A DNA stretch of 64,000 nucleotides from Coriobacteriales bacterium (GCA_050946275.1 JBMNUM010000010.1:1677-65676), one strand, 5' to 3'. Shown: positions 1 through 12,371, counted from the stretch's first letter. Notes: generated by a model not told the origin, from the sequence alone. Numbers and translations: made by a program.

Positions 1-48
1 TGGCTTTTGGTGCCAGCTATCTGGGTTCGAATCCTAGTACCCCAGCCA
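1..48 (+). tRNA. tRNA-Gln (anticodon UUG), 3' portion; 5' end lies outside the window
   Basis: Anticodon stem-loop tggc/ttttggt/gcca gives anticodon TTG. T-arm CTGGG-TTCGAAT-CCTAG at 21-37. Acceptor 3' strand TACCCCA, discriminator G and CCA at 38-48, implying a UGGGGUA 5' end typical of tRNA-Gln. Confidence 0.8.
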
Positions 49-60
49 CATGCTTTTTCA

Positions 61-83
61 CGGGGATGCGCGCATCCCCGTTT
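61..83 (+). terminator. Hairpin terminator after tRNA-Gln
   Basis: Perfect 20-nt palindrome CGGGGATGCGCGCATCCCCG followed by TTT. Confidence 0.6.
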
Positions 84-115
84 CAGCGATTGGCGACAGG
101 GCAATCGGGAGGAAC

Positions 116-1489
116 ATGATGCAGGCAACTGCTTTGATACTGGCTGCCGGAGGCGGCACCAGGATGCGTTCGGGCATGCCCAAGGTGGCATTCGACATGC
201 TCGGCAAGCCGCTCGTCAGGTGGGTCGTCGATGCGGCTCGCGGAGCCGGCTGCAGCGACACGATCGTGGTGCTCGGCCATGGCCGCGAGCTCGTCGAGCC
301 GATCGTCTCCGACACCACCATCGTCTACCAGGACGAGCTGCTCGGGACCGGCCACGCCGTCATGATGACGGCTGACGAGCTCGAGAGGCGCGGCGGCGTC
401 GTCGTGGTGCTCTCGGGCGATAGCCCGCTCATCCGTCCGGAGACGCTCGAGAAGATGATGGCCGTGCGCGCCGAGCACGACGCATCGGCCGTCGTCCTGA
501 CGTTCACGCCGTCCGACCCGTTCGGCTACGGCCGCATCGTCCGCGGCGAGAACGGCGGCGTCGTTCGCATCGTCGAACAGCGGGACTGCACCGACGAGGA
601 GGACGCGATTGGCGAGTGCAACAGCGGCATGTACTGCTTCAAGGTCGAGGACCTGCTCGCATGCCTCGAGCGCCTCGGCAACGATAACGCCCAGAACGAG
701 TACTACCTCACCGACGTCATCGGGCTGCTCGTCGAGGACGGCAAGCCGGTCCGCGGCGTCATCGTCGACGACCCGGCCGAGACGCACGGCATCAACACGC
801 GCGTGCAGCTCGCCGAGGCCACGCGCCGCATGCAGGGCCGCATCAACACGCAGCTCATGCTCGACGGCGTCACCATGATCGACCCCACGCTCGTGTGGGT
901 CGGCCCCGACGTCGAGGTGGCGCGCGACGTGGAGCTGTGGCCGATGACGTTCCTCATGGGGAGCACGTCCGTCGGCTCCGGTACCCGTGTGGGCCCGAAC
1001 ACGCGCGTGACCGACTCCACCATCGGAGAGGGCTGCGTCATCGACGAGTCCGTCGTCATCGAGTCGACCATCGACAACGGCGTCTCCTGCGGCCCGCGCG
1101 CGTACCTGCGCCCCGGCGCGCATCTGTGCGAGAACGCGAAGGCGGGCACGCACGTCGAGATCAAGAAGTCCACGATCGGGAAGGGGTCGAAGGTCCCGCA
1201 CCTGAGCTACATCGGCGACACCGTCATCGGCGAGGGCGTCAACATCGGCGCCGGCTCGATCACCTGCAACTACGACGGCAAGGCGAAGCACAAGACGGTC
1301 ATCGGCGACCGCACGTTCGTCGGAAGCGACACCATGATGGTCGCTCCGGTCGAGATCGGCGCCGACGCCCTCATCGCCGCGGGATCGGTCATCACACGAG
1401 ACGTGCCGGACGGCGCGTTGGGCGTCGCCCGCGAGCGTCAGCGCAACGTCGAGGGCTATACTGCAAAGAAGAACCAAGACGGCGAGTAG
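116..1489 (+). CDS. glmU: Bifunctional UDP-N-acetylglucosamine pyrophosphorylase / glucosamine-1-phosphate N-acetyltransferase
   Basis: N-terminal LILAAGGGTRM nucleotidyltransferase motif. C-terminal left-handed beta-helix hexapeptide repeats. SD GGGAGGA at 107-113; the start could be ATG 116 or 119. Confidence 0.92.
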   Translation: MMQATALILAAGGGTRMRSGMPKVAFDMLGKPLVRWVVDAARGAGCSDTIVVLGHGRELVEPIVSDTTIVYQDELLGTGHAVMMTADELERRGGVVVVLSGDSPLIRPETLEKMMAVRAEHDASAVVLTFTPSDPFGYGRIVRGENGGVVRIVEQRDCTDEEDAIGECNSGMYCFKVEDLLACLERLGNDNAQNEYYLTDVIGLLVEDGKPVRGVIVDDPAETHGINTRVQLAEATRRMQGRINTQLMLDGVTMIDPTLVWVGPDVEVARDVELWPMTFLMGSTSVGSGTRVGPNTRVTDSTIGEGCVIDESVVIESTIDNGVSCGPRAYLRPGAHLCENAKAGTHVEIKKSTIGKGSKVPHLSYIGDTVIGEGVNIGAGSITCNYDGKAKHKTVIGDRTFVGSDTMMVAPVEIGADALIAAGSVITRDVPDGALGVARERQRNVEGYTAKKNQDGE

Positions 1490-1628
1490 GGAAACTCGCG
1501 AAGCGGGACGGATGGGGATTGGCCCCGATTGTCCCAAGGCACGGCAACACGGCATGTGAACGCAGCTTAAACGAGCAACGGAATCGGCGGATACGGCAAC
1601 ATGGGGGAAGAAAGAAAGGCTGGGTAAC

Positions 1629-2624
1629 ATGGCGGAGTCCACTACGATCAAGGTCAGCACGGCGCAGAAGAAGCTCAAGGTCTTCAGCGGAAGCTGCAAT
1701 CCCAAGCTCGCCCAGGGCATCGCGGATGCCATTGGCATCGAGCTGGGCCACGTCAAGCTCGAGACGTTCGCCAACGGCGAGATCTACGCCCGGTACCTCG
1801 AGACCGTCCGCGGCTGCGACGTGTTCATCATCCAGTCGGTCGCCGGCCATGTGAACGACGCGCTCATGGAGCTGCTCATCATGACGGACGCCGCCAAGCG
1901 CGCCTCCGCCCACAGCGTCACGGCCGTCGTCTCCCACTACGGCTACTCGCGCCAGGACCGCAAGGCCGCGTCGCGCGAGCCCATCACCGCCAAGCTGGTC
2001 GCCAACATGATGACGACGGCCGGCATCGACCGCCTCATCACCATCGACCTCCATCAAGGGCAGATCCAGGGCTTCCTGGACAAGCCGGTGAACCATCTCA
2101 CCGCGCTGCCGCTGTTCGCGGAGTACTTCTCCGCCAAGAACCTCCCGCTCGACAACCTCTGCGTCGTCTCGCCGGACGTCGGCCGCGCCAAGGCCGCCAA
2201 GCAGCTGGCGGAGATGCTCGGCGGGTGCGACCTTGCCATCATGCACAAGAGCCGCTCCGCCCACAACGTGTCCGAGGTTTCCGCCGTCATCGGCGATGTC
2301 AAGGGCAAGTGCTGCATCGTCAACGACGACATGATCGACACGGCCGGCACCATCACGAACGGCACGCGCGCGCTCAAGGAGGCCGGCGCCGAGAAGATCT
2401 ACCTGTGCACGACGCACGGCATCCTGTCCGACCCGGCGATCGACCGCCTCAAGGACTGCCCGGCTGACGAGATCGTCATCTGCGACACGATCCCGATGCC
2501 CGAGGAGCGCTTCAGCGAGAAGTTCCACGTCATCTCGGTGGCGCCGCTACTCGCCAAGGCGATCGTGAGCGTCTTCAACGAGGAGTCGGTCTCGGGCATG
2601 ATCGACCTGGACTTCGCCCTGTAA
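1629..2624 (+). CDS. prs: Ribose-phosphate pyrophosphokinase (PRPP synthetase)
   Basis: 331 aa. KVFSGSCNPKLA start, HYGYSRQDRK loop and VNDDMIDTAGT PRPP-binding motif. Confidence 0.93.
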   Translation: MAESTTIKVSTAQKKLKVFSGSCNPKLAQGIADAIGIELGHVKLETFANGEIYARYLETVRGCDVFIIQSVAGHVNDALMELLIMTDAAKRASAHSVTAVVSHYGYSRQDRKAASREPITAKLVANMMTTAGIDRLITIDLHQGQIQGFLDKPVNHLTALPLFAEYFSAKNLPLDNLCVVSPDVGRAKAAKQLAEMLGGCDLAIMHKSRSAHNVSEVSAVIGDVKGKCCIVNDDMIDTAGTITNGTRALKEAGAEKIYLCTTHGILSDPAIDRLKDCPADEIVICDTIPMPEERFSEKFHVISVAPLLAKAIVSVFNEESVSGMIDLDFAL

Positions 2625-2636
2625 GCGGTGGAGCGC

Positions 2637-3200
2637 ATGCCTGCCTTCGCCCTGGTGTGCGGACTGGGCAATCCCGGTCCCGATTACGAGCAGACGCGGC
2701 ACAACTGCGGGTTCCTCACGGTCGATGCGCTCGGCGACGAGCTGGGCGCGAGCTACTGGAAGCTGCAGGACGGCTGCCTCGTCTCGGAGGTGAAGGTCGA
2801 TGGCGAGCCGATGCTGCTGGCCAAGCCGCAGGCGTTCATGAACAAGTCGGGCGGACCGCTGTCGCATCTGATGCGCCGCCATGGCCTTGCGCCGGATGAG
2901 ATTCTCGTCGTCCACGACGACCTCGACCTGCCGGCGGGCACGCTTCGCTTCAAGCGGGGCGGGGGTCACGGCGGGCACAACGGCCTGCGCTCGATCAACC
3001 AGGCCATCGGACCCGATTATGCGCGTTTGAAGGTCGGGATCGGCCGTCCTCCGGGTAAGATGGACCCAGCGGATTACGTCCTCGCGCGGATTGCCAAGGC
3101 GCAGCTCGAGGACTTCGAGGCGACCATCGTCCACGCACAGCAGGCGGCGCTGTGCGCGGTCCGCAAGGGACTCGACGCCGCCATGTTGGAGTTCAACTAG
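2637..3200 (+). CDS. pth: Peptidyl-tRNA hydrolase
   Basis: GLGNPGPDYEQTRHNCGF signature and HGGHNGLRS. An alternative GTG start lies at 2628. Confidence 0.9.
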   Translation: MPAFALVCGLGNPGPDYEQTRHNCGFLTVDALGDELGASYWKLQDGCLVSEVKVDGEPMLLAKPQAFMNKSGGPLSHLMRRHGLAPDEILVVHDDLDLPAGTLRFKRGGGHGGHNGLRSINQAIGPDYARLKVGIGRPPGKMDPADYVLARIAKAQLEDFEATIVHAQQAALCAVRKGLDAAMLEFN

Positions 3201-3258
3201 CAACGAGGGCGCGGGCCGACGACGGCTCGCCGATGGATATGCGAGAGGTGTGAATGCC

Positions 3259-4233
3259 ATGAAGATCTCTGTTATCGGAGCAGGTGCGTTCGGTTTCTCG
3301 ATCGCGTCGAGGCTCTGCACGAATCCCGACCATGAGGTCGTCGTGTGGGCCGAGGTGCAGAGCAAGGTGGACGAGTTCTACGAGAAGGGCTCGATGGCCT
3401 GCGTGCTCAACGACGTGCCGTTGCCGCGCGACGTGGAGGTGACCGCCTCGATGGAGCGCGCCGTTGCGGGACAGGACCTCATCTTCGTGCTGCCCGCCGC
3501 GGCGTTCGTCGAGTCGGTGTGCGAGCAGATGGCCCCGCATCTCGCCGCATCGACGCCGGTGATCATCGGCTCGAAGGGCGCGTGCCCCAACGGCGAGATG
3601 CCGGCAGCGGGTGCCGAGCGCGCCCTCGGCCGCGAGATCTCGACGATGGGCGGACCGGGCTTCGCCATCGACATCCTCGAGGGCGTGCCCGTCGGTTTCA
3701 CGCTCGCCACGCGCGACGACGCCTGCTTCGACCTCGTGCGCGAGGCATTCGCCCACGATGCGACCGTGACCCTCGACCGCTCCGCCGACACGCTCGGCAT
3801 CGAGCTTGCCTCGTGCATCAAGAACGCCGCCGCCATCGCGACGGGTGCGCTGCACGGTGCAGGCTACCCCATCTCCACGCAGTGCCTGCTCATGCAGCGG
3901 GTGCTCTCCGACTTGGGGGACATGCTCGAGGCGATTCCCGGCGGCAGCCGCGAGACGGCGCTCAGCCTCGCCGGAGTGGGCGACATGGCGCTGACGTGCT
4001 TCTCGCCCAAGAGCCGCAACTGCTCGTTCGGCCGTCTGGTCGGCGAGTTCGGCTACTCGTCGCCCGAGGCGCAGGACTACCTGGCCAAGACGACGGTCGA
4101 GGGTGTGTCCGTCGTGCGCTCCTGGCCCGAGATGTCGGGATTCCTCGGCGTCTCGTCGCCGTTCATGGACGCGGCTCGCAAGGCGTTCTCCGAGGGAGGC
4201 ACCGTCGAGCAGCTCCTCGACTGCGTGATGTAG
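3259..4233 (+). CDS. gpsA: NAD(P)-dependent glycerol-3-phosphate dehydrogenase-like protein (divergent)
   Basis: MKISVIGAGAFG Rossmann start. C-terminal GpsA-like helical domain (IKNAAAIATGA, LAGVGDMALTC). The long upstream ORF extension was rejected. Confidence 0.65.
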   Translation: MKISVIGAGAFGFSIASRLCTNPDHEVVVWAEVQSKVDEFYEKGSMACVLNDVPLPRDVEVTASMERAVAGQDLIFVLPAAAFVESVCEQMAPHLAASTPVIIGSKGACPNGEMPAAGAERALGREISTMGGPGFAIDILEGVPVGFTLATRDDACFDLVREAFAHDATVTLDRSADTLGIELASCIKNAAAIATGALHGAGYPISTQCLLMQRVLSDLGDMLEAIPGGSRETALSLAGVGDMALTCFSPKSRNCSFGRLVGEFGYSSPEAQDYLAKTTVEGVSVVRSWPEMSGFLGVSSPFMDAARKAFSEGGTVEQLLDCVM

Positions 4234-4240
4234 GAACAAC

Positions 4241-4280
4241 GCGATGAGCCGGGGGTGATGGTCATCATCGGCTCATTCGC
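4241..4280. repeat. REP-like palindrome, family 2 variant; may also act as the gpsA terminator
   Basis: GCGATGAGCCG...CGGCTCATTCGC inverted arms. The outer arms resemble the GCGAATGAGTC...GACTCATTCGC family seen at 8 other places. Confidence 0.5.
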
Positions 4281-4313
4281 CATCAGGTTCGTGAAGATCG
4301 AAAGGAAGATAAG

Positions 4314-5906
4314 ATGGATAATCCGGTAATCAAGAGGGCGTTGGTCTCCGTGACCGACAAGAGCGGCGTCGTCGAGTTCGCCCGTGCGCTGCACGACGAG
4401 TTCGGCGTGGAGATCGTCTCGACGGGCGGCACGGCGCGCGTGATCGCCGAGGCTGGCATCGACGTGAAGCCGATCGAGGAGCTCACCGGATTTCCCGAGA
4501 TGATGGACGGCCGCGTCAAGACGCTCCATCCCGTGGTGCACGGCGGCCTGCTGGCGCGCCGCGACCTCGAGTCGCACATGGCGGCCGCGGCCGAGCATGG
4601 CATCGGCATGATCGACATGGTCGTCGTCAACCTCTACGCGTTCGAGGCGACCGTCGCCAAGCCCGACGCCACGTATGCCGACTGCATCGAGAACATCGAC
4701 ATCGGCGGCCCGTCGATGCTGCGCTCCGCCGCGAAGAACCACGCGAGCGTCGCCGTCGTCACCGACCCGGCATCCTACGACGACATCCTCGCCGAGATGC
4801 GCGCCAATGGGGGAGCGACGACGCTCGAGACGCGTCAGCGCCTCGCCCTGCGCGTCTACGAGACGACGAGCGCCTACGACAACGCCATCTACAATTGGCT
4901 CAACGCCCAGCTCAACGGCGACACCTCGTTCGCCGATGACAAGCGCGTCTTCCTGAACAAGGCCCAGGAGCTCCGCTATGGCGAGAACTCGCACCAGAAG
5001 GCCGCGTTCTACCGCACCGTCGACGACCCGGCGCTCGCCGCCGAGGGCGTCAAGCGCGAGTGGATGCTCGCTTCCGCCGAGCAGCTCCAGGGCAAGGAGC
5101 TCTCGTACAACAACTTCCTCGACCTCGACGCCTGCTGGGGCTGCGTGCGCGAGTTCGCCGAGCCGACGTGCGTGATCGTGAAGCACCAGACGCCGTGCGG
5201 CATCGCGACCGCCGACAACCTCGTCGATGCCTACCAGCGCGCCTGGGCGTGCGACACCGTCAGCGCGTTCGGCGGCGTCATGGCCTTCAACGGGGTCGTG
5301 ACCGAGGGCGTCATCAAGGCCGTGCTCGACAACGGCCAGTTCATCGAGGCCGTCATCGCGCCCGATTTCGAGCAAGGCGCGCTCGACCTGCTCGCCTCCA
5401 AGCCCAATGCGCGCGTGCTGCGCACCGGCGGCTGCAACCCGGCCGGCCACGGCTTCGAGATGCGCACCGTCGAGGGCGGCGTGCTCGTGCAGGAGTACGA
5501 CAGCGTCTCCGAGGATCCGGCGACCTTCACCGTCGCCTCCGAGCGCAAGCCCACCGATGCCGAGTTCGACGAGCTGCTCTTCGCCTGGAAGACCTGCCGC
5601 GCCATCAAGTCCAACGCCATCGTCATCACGAACGGCAAGACGACGCTCGGCATGGGCGCCGGCCAGCCCAACCGCGTGAACTCCGCGCGCTTCGCCGCCG
5701 AGCAGGCGGGGGAGAAGGCCAAGGGCGCCGTCGCCGCCAGCGATGCCTTCATGCCCTTCGCCGACTCTCTCGAGGTGCTGATCGAGGCAGGCGTCACCGC
5801 CGTCATCCAGCCCGGCGGTTCCATCCGCGACGGCGAGGTCATCGAGGCCGCCAACAAGGCCGGCATCGCCCTCGTCTTCACGGGACACAGGCACTTCAGG
5901 CACTAG
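4314..5906 (+). CDS. purH: Bifunctional AICAR transformylase / IMP cyclohydrolase
   Basis: 530 aa. MGS-like N-terminal domain (ALVSVTDKSGV, STGGTA) and AICARFT C-terminal domain (GGVMAFN, GMGAGQPNRV, IQPGGSIRD). Confidence 0.95.
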   Translation: MDNPVIKRALVSVTDKSGVVEFARALHDEFGVEIVSTGGTARVIAEAGIDVKPIEELTGFPEMMDGRVKTLHPVVHGGLLARRDLESHMAAAAEHGIGMIDMVVVNLYAFEATVAKPDATYADCIENIDIGGPSMLRSAAKNHASVAVVTDPASYDDILAEMRANGGATTLETRQRLALRVYETTSAYDNAIYNWLNAQLNGDTSFADDKRVFLNKAQELRYGENSHQKAAFYRTVDDPALAAEGVKREWMLASAEQLQGKELSYNNFLDLDACWGCVREFAEPTCVIVKHQTPCGIATADNLVDAYQRAWACDTVSAFGGVMAFNGVVTEGVIKAVLDNGQFIEAVIAPDFEQGALDLLASKPNARVLRTGGCNPAGHGFEMRTVEGGVLVQEYDSVSEDPATFTVASERKPTDAEFDELLFAWKTCRAIKSNAIVITNGKTTLGMGAGQPNRVNSARFAAEQAGEKAKGAVAASDAFMPFADSLEVLIEAGVTAVIQPGGSIRDGEVIEAANKAGIALVFTGHRHFRH

Positions 5907-5909
5907 AGT

Positions 5910-5935
5910 TCCGCCGTTCTTAGACGAACGGCGGA
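5910..5935 (+). terminator. Hairpin immediately after purH
   Basis: TCCGCCGTTC-ttagac-GAACGGCGGA, 10-bp perfect stem. Confidence 0.55.
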
Positions 5936-5985
5936 TCTGTCGACGCTGCGGCTCGCTGTGGCACGCCGCCTACGCGCGAATCGAA

Positions 5986-6021
5986 GACCCCGCGGGCACA
6001 AGCCCAGCGGGGTCTTTGCTT
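5986..6021 (+). terminator. Second hairpin with a U-rich tail downstream of purH
   Basis: GACCCCGC...GCGGGGTC stem followed by TTTGCTT. Confidence 0.55.
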
Positions 6022-6057
6022 CGCACGTATTCGATGCACCACAGCGGCCCTCGCTGT

Positions 6058-6128
6058 CTCTACGAACGATGCCCGGACCTTTCTCTCGCTGACTCTACGA
6101 ACGATGCTCGGGCTTCTTCTCTCGTTGG
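6058..6128. repeat. Tandem duplication of a ~35-bp unit (2 copies)
   Basis: ctctacgaacgatgcccggacctttctctcgctga followed by ctctacgaacgatgctcgggcttcttctctcgttgg. Confidence 0.75.
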
Positions 6129-6240
6129 CTTTTGCCGCGGGTGATTTGCGCCCTTTTACCATTTCATCTTGTTGCGTTACAATACGGTCGAATGTGAGCA
6201 AACGCGGCATTTAATCGGACCACGAGGAAGGGAAACTGAC

Positions 6241-6705
6241 ATGGATGAGACTGGAGTCTTGGCACTTCTCGATGAGCTTGCGGACTTTCTCGAGGATAGC
6301 AAGGCGGCACCGCTTGGCGGCGGTCGACGTCAGGTCGACATCAACCAGGCCATGGATATCATCAACGACATCCGCGATGCCTTCCCCGTGGAGTTCTCGC
6401 AGGCGCGGCAGATCGTGCGCGAGCGTCAGGGGCTGCTCGATGCGGCCGAGGCCGAGTGCAACAGGATTCTGGAGGACGCCCGTAGCCAGGCGCTGACGAT
6501 CGCCTCCGAGCAGGAGATCGTCCGCATCGCCCAGCAGCAGGCCGAGAACATCCTCGCAGACGCCCGCGAGCTCGAGCGCTCGACCCGCGCCGGTGCCGAG
6601 GATTACGCGGACAACGTGTTCTCGCACATCGAGTCCATGCTCGACTCCCTTGGCGAGAACGTGCACCGCTGCCGTGAACGCCTGAACAACAGGGCGGCCC
6701 GCTAG
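6241..6705 (+). CDS. Hypothetical coiled-coil protein (ATP-synthase-b/DivIVA-like heptad composition)
   Basis: 154 aa. ATG preceded by AGGAAGGGA. Charged helical sequence rich in Q, E, R and A. Lies upstream of yceD in the same orientation. No specific family recognised. Confidence 0.6.
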   Translation: MDETGVLALLDELADFLEDSKAAPLGGGRRQVDINQAMDIINDIRDAFPVEFSQARQIVRERQGLLDAAEAECNRILEDARSQALTIASEQEIVRIAQQQAENILADARELERSTRAGAEDYADNVFSHIESMLDSLGENVHRCRERLNNRAAR

Positions 6706-6726
6706 GCGAGTTGCAGCGAAACCTGA

Positions 6727-6750
6727 AGGGGCGGGCAACCGCCCCTTTTT
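6727..6750 (+). terminator. Rho-independent terminator
   Basis: GGGGCGG-gcaa-CCGCCCC followed by TTTTTT. Confidence 0.8.
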
Positions 6751-6760
6751 TGTAGGAGGA

Positions 6761-6788
6761 ACTGGAGTGCTGCCCCGGGAGCGTTCCA
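6761..6788. repeat. REP-like element, family 1 (paired GGAGCGYTCC-type 10-mers)
   Basis: CTGGAGTGCTGCCCCGGGAGCGTTCCAG. Nearly identical to the copy at 37080-37106. Confidence 0.65.
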
Positions 6789-6808
6789 GATGAGATGCGG
6801 AGGCAATC

Positions 6809-7348
6809 GTGGATAAGGTTATCTTCCTGGCCTCGTCGCTTGACGACGGCGCCGGTTCGTTCGACTCCATCACCGGCAACCTCGCCGTCGAGGACTTCAC
6901 GATGGGTTCGATCGACTACTCCATTCCCGGCGGCATCGACTACGTCGTCAACCTGAGCAACATCGGCGACGCCATCGTCGCGACCGGGACCGCGAGCGCG
7001 ACGGTGATCGGCCAGTGCGCCCGCTGCCTCGAGCCCGCCTCCGAGTTCGTCGAGTCCGACGTTGAGGGGTACTTCACCCTGTTCGAGAACTCCGACGTGG
7101 AGGGCATGGAGGACGACGAGTACGAGCTGATCTCCGAGAGCGGCGAGATCGACCTCGCCGACTCCATCCGCTCCGCCGTGGTCGTGGAGATGCCGCCGAC
7201 GTTCCTGTGCCGCGAAGACTGCAAGGGGCTGTGCCCGTCGTGCGGGTGCAATCTCAACGAGGAGCAATGCGATTGCGCGAGCAAGCCCGATGAGATGAAC
7301 CCCTTCTACGCTCTGAAGGACCTCTTCAAGGACGAGGAGGCGGAGTAG
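6809..7348 (+). CDS. yceD: YceD/DUF177 family protein (23S rRNA accumulation protein)
   Basis: Acidic 179-aa protein with the C-terminal CREDCKGLCPSCGCNLNEEQCDC cysteine cluster typical of DUF177. GTG start. Confidence 0.8.
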   Translation: MDKVIFLASSLDDGAGSFDSITGNLAVEDFTMGSIDYSIPGGIDYVVNLSNIGDAIVATGTASATVIGQCARCLEPASEFVESDVEGYFTLFENSDVEGMEDDEYELISESGEIDLADSIRSAVVVEMPPTFLCREDCKGLCPSCGCNLNEEQCDCASKPDEMNPFYALKDLFKDEEAE

Positions 7349-7557
7349 GGCGGCTCGTCTCGCCGCTCGCGCCACCGGCAGATACGCACGGGGGCGTGGT
7401 TTACATTCTCCCCGCGTCTGTGCTATAGTAGCCATCAGTAACGCGCGACGGGATTTCTATACCCTTCTGTAGGGTTTCCGACCGCGCGAGTGACGCACAA
7501 GAGGTTGTTGGCTGAAAGTGGGTTATGCCCGCTTTTTTTCTTGATGGGAGGTGCACT

Positions 7558-8055
7558 GTGCCACGTGACGCGAAGATCGACGGCTTGATCGCCGCACTCG
7601 AGCCCACCGCGCGCGAGCATGGCTTCGAGATCGTCGAGGCCGAGCTGCTCGGCGGCAGCGGCATGCCGATCCTGCGTGTCTACATCGACACGCTCGACCG
7701 CGGCGAGATCATCACGCTCGACAAGATCGCCGAGGCACAGCAGGAGTGGCTCGACGGGCTCATCGACGAGTTCGACCCGATCGAGGGCGAGTACACGCTC
7801 GAGGTGTCATCTCCGGGCGTCGACCGTCCCCTGCGCACGCTCGAGCACTTCGAGGAGTTCGAGGGCGAGGAAGTGAAGATCACGACCGACCCCATCGATG
7901 GTCGCAAGCGCTTCTCGGGCATCCTCGAGGGCATCGAGGGCAACCTCGTGGTCGTCGAGGGGCATGAGGGCGAGACCTTCGAGATTCCCCACGAGGCCAT
8001 CGTGAAGGCCCGCATCAAGAGACATATCGAGTTCACGGGAAAGATCGGATTCTAG
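7558..8055 (+). CDS. rimP: Ribosome maturation factor RimP
   Basis: GTG start 6 nt after GGAGG. LRVYID and SSPGVDRPL motifs. Lies upstream of nusA. Confidence 0.88.
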   Translation: MPRDAKIDGLIAALEPTAREHGFEIVEAELLGGSGMPILRVYIDTLDRGEIITLDKIAEAQQEWLDGLIDEFDPIEGEYTLEVSSPGVDRPLRTLEHFEEFEGEEVKITTDPIDGRKRFSGILEGIEGNLVVVEGHEGETFEIPHEAIVKARIKRHIEFTGKIGF

Positions 8056-8091
8056 GAACAGAGGTTCTACGAACCGTTTTGAGGAGGAGCA

Positions 8092-9297
8092 ATGGCATCT
8101 GAGCTGATGGAGGCCCTATCGGCCCTGGCGAAGGAGAAGAGGATCGACGAGATCTACCTGCTCGAGAAGCTCGAGCAGTCGCTGTCGAGGAGCTACAAGT
8201 CTATCCTGCGGCTCGAGTACGACCCGCGCGTGACTATCGACCGCAACAGCGGCAAGATCTACGTGTTCGAGCTCGTCCCGCAGGGCGAGCCCGACGAGGA
8301 GGGCGAGTACCACGAGTTCGAGGAGCGCGACGTCACGCCCACCGATGTGAGCCGCATCGCCGCCCTCAACGTGAAGAAGTTCCTCACGGAGATCCTGCGC
8401 GACCATGAGCGCCTGTCGCTGTACAGCGAGTTCTCCGACCGCGTCGGCGAGCTCGTGTCGGGCCAAGTGCTCCAGAGCACGCCCGATTTCACGATCATCA
8501 AGATCCGCGAGGGCGTCGAGGCCGAGCTGCCGCACTTCGACGTCGAGAAGAACCCCATGGAGCGCAACGAGAAGCCGCCCATGGAGCGCTATCGCCACAA
8601 CCAGCGCCTCAAGGCGGTCATCGTCGATGTGCGCGACCCCAGCCAGGTCGTCATGAACACGAAGGGCCACAACACGCGCCCGCTGATCGTCGTGTCGCGC
8701 ACGCATCCCGATTTCATCAAGCGCCTCTTCGAGATGGAGGTTCCCGAGATCTACGAGGGTATCGTCGAGGTCAAGGCGATCGCCCGCGAGCCCGGCGCCC
8801 GTTCCAAGGTGTCCGTGAGCTCGCGCGAGCCGAACCTCGACCCGGTGGGCGCATGCGTCGGCCCGAAGGGCTCGCGCGTCCGCATGGTCGTCGAGGAGCT
8901 GCACAACGAGCGCGTCGACGTCATCTCGTGGAGCGAGAACCCGGCCGCCTATGTGGCCAACGCCCTCTCGCCGGCGCGGGTGTCGAACGTGAGCATCGAT
9001 GAGGACCGCCACTATGCGACGGTCATCGTCCCGGACGACCAGCTCTCGCTCGCCATCGGCAAGGAGGGTCAGAACGCCCGCCTGGCCGCCCGCCTCACCG
9101 GCTGGCACATCGATATCAAGAGCGCCTCGCTCGTCGCGGAGATGTCGGGCGGCAACGCCCTCATCGACGAGGTCGAGGAGGAAGAGGAGATTCTCGACGG
9201 CCGCTGCGCGCACATTCTGGAGAACGGCAACCGCTGCCGCAACCACGCGCGTCCGGGCAGCCGCTACTGCGGCATCCACGAGGCCGCCGGGCGATAG
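8092..9297 (+). CDS. nusA: Transcription termination/antitermination factor NusA
   Basis: 401 aa with S1 and KH domains (ACVGPKGSRV, IGKEGQNARLAARLTGW). Conserved rimP-nusA-infB context. Confidence 0.95.
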   Translation: MASELMEALSALAKEKRIDEIYLLEKLEQSLSRSYKSILRLEYDPRVTIDRNSGKIYVFELVPQGEPDEEGEYHEFEERDVTPTDVSRIAALNVKKFLTEILRDHERLSLYSEFSDRVGELVSGQVLQSTPDFTIIKIREGVEAELPHFDVEKNPMERNEKPPMERYRHNQRLKAVIVDVRDPSQVVMNTKGHNTRPLIVVSRTHPDFIKRLFEMEVPEIYEGIVEVKAIAREPGARSKVSVSSREPNLDPVGACVGPKGSRVRMVVEELHNERVDVISWSENPAAYVANALSPARVSNVSIDEDRHYATVIVPDDQLSLAIGKEGQNARLAARLTGWHIDIKSASLVAEMSGGNALIDEVEEEEEILDGRCAHILENGNRCRNHARPGSRYCGIHEAAGR

Positions 9298-9364
9298 GAA
9301 CGGATAGGACGTAGAGGAACGGAGCGACGGCGCATTGGCGAACAGCGCGACAGGGAAGACACCC

Positions 9365-9628
9365 ATGCGGAGCTGCTGCGTGTGCGGGGCGAAGAAGCCC
9401 AAGCGCGAGCTGGTGCGCGTCGTGCGGACCCCGGAGGGCGATGTGCACATCGATGCGCAGGGCCGCGAGCCGGGGAGGGGCGCCTACGTGTGCGCCGACG
9501 AGCTCTGCCTCGAGCGCGGGCGCAAGGGCCGCAAGCTCGACAGGGCGCTCAAGATGACGATAGACGGCGACGTCTACGACACGATAGTTGGGGATTTGAA
9601 GCAATTGCTTCGGGAGAGGTCTCTTTAG
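9365..9628 (+). CDS. ylxR: YlxR/DUF448 RNA-binding protein
   Basis: MRSCCVCGAKKPKRELVRVV and GRGAYVC motifs. Sits between nusA and infB. The ORF could start earlier, at TTG 9335. Confidence 0.85.
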   Translation: MRSCCVCGAKKPKRELVRVVRTPEGDVHIDAQGREPGRGAYVCADELCLERGRKGRKLDRALKMTIDGDVYDTIVGDLKQLLRERSL

Positions 9629-9647
9629 GAAGGTACGGTAGGTAGCT

Positions 9648-12338
<2,691 letters not shown>

Positions 12339-12371
12339 CGCCCGCGCGCCCGCCATCCAGGCAGGTGAACC

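Noticed and set aside
83-1774. Very long antisense ORFs opposite well-supported genes. This 563-aa ORF is one; others are 4077-5903, 10329-12833, 16085-18250, 37114-39429, 41152-42645, 49887-51560 and 61605-63776.
   Set aside because: High-GC genomes generate long stop-free antisense frames. These translations are Arg/Ala/Gly/Asp/His-rich low-complexity strings without recognisable motifs or SD-start contexts. Each is fully shadowed by a gene with strong family signatures on the other strand.
5920-6210. 96-aa minus-strand ORF in the purH downstream region.
   Set aside because: It spans two terminator hairpins and the 35-bp tandem duplication. It has no SD and an Arg/Ala-rich composition.
7349-7557. 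Expected rpmF (L32) downstream of yceD.
   Set aside because: No MAVPK-type small ORF is present in any frame. The segment looks like a promoter and leader (TGCTATAGT) for rimP-nusA.
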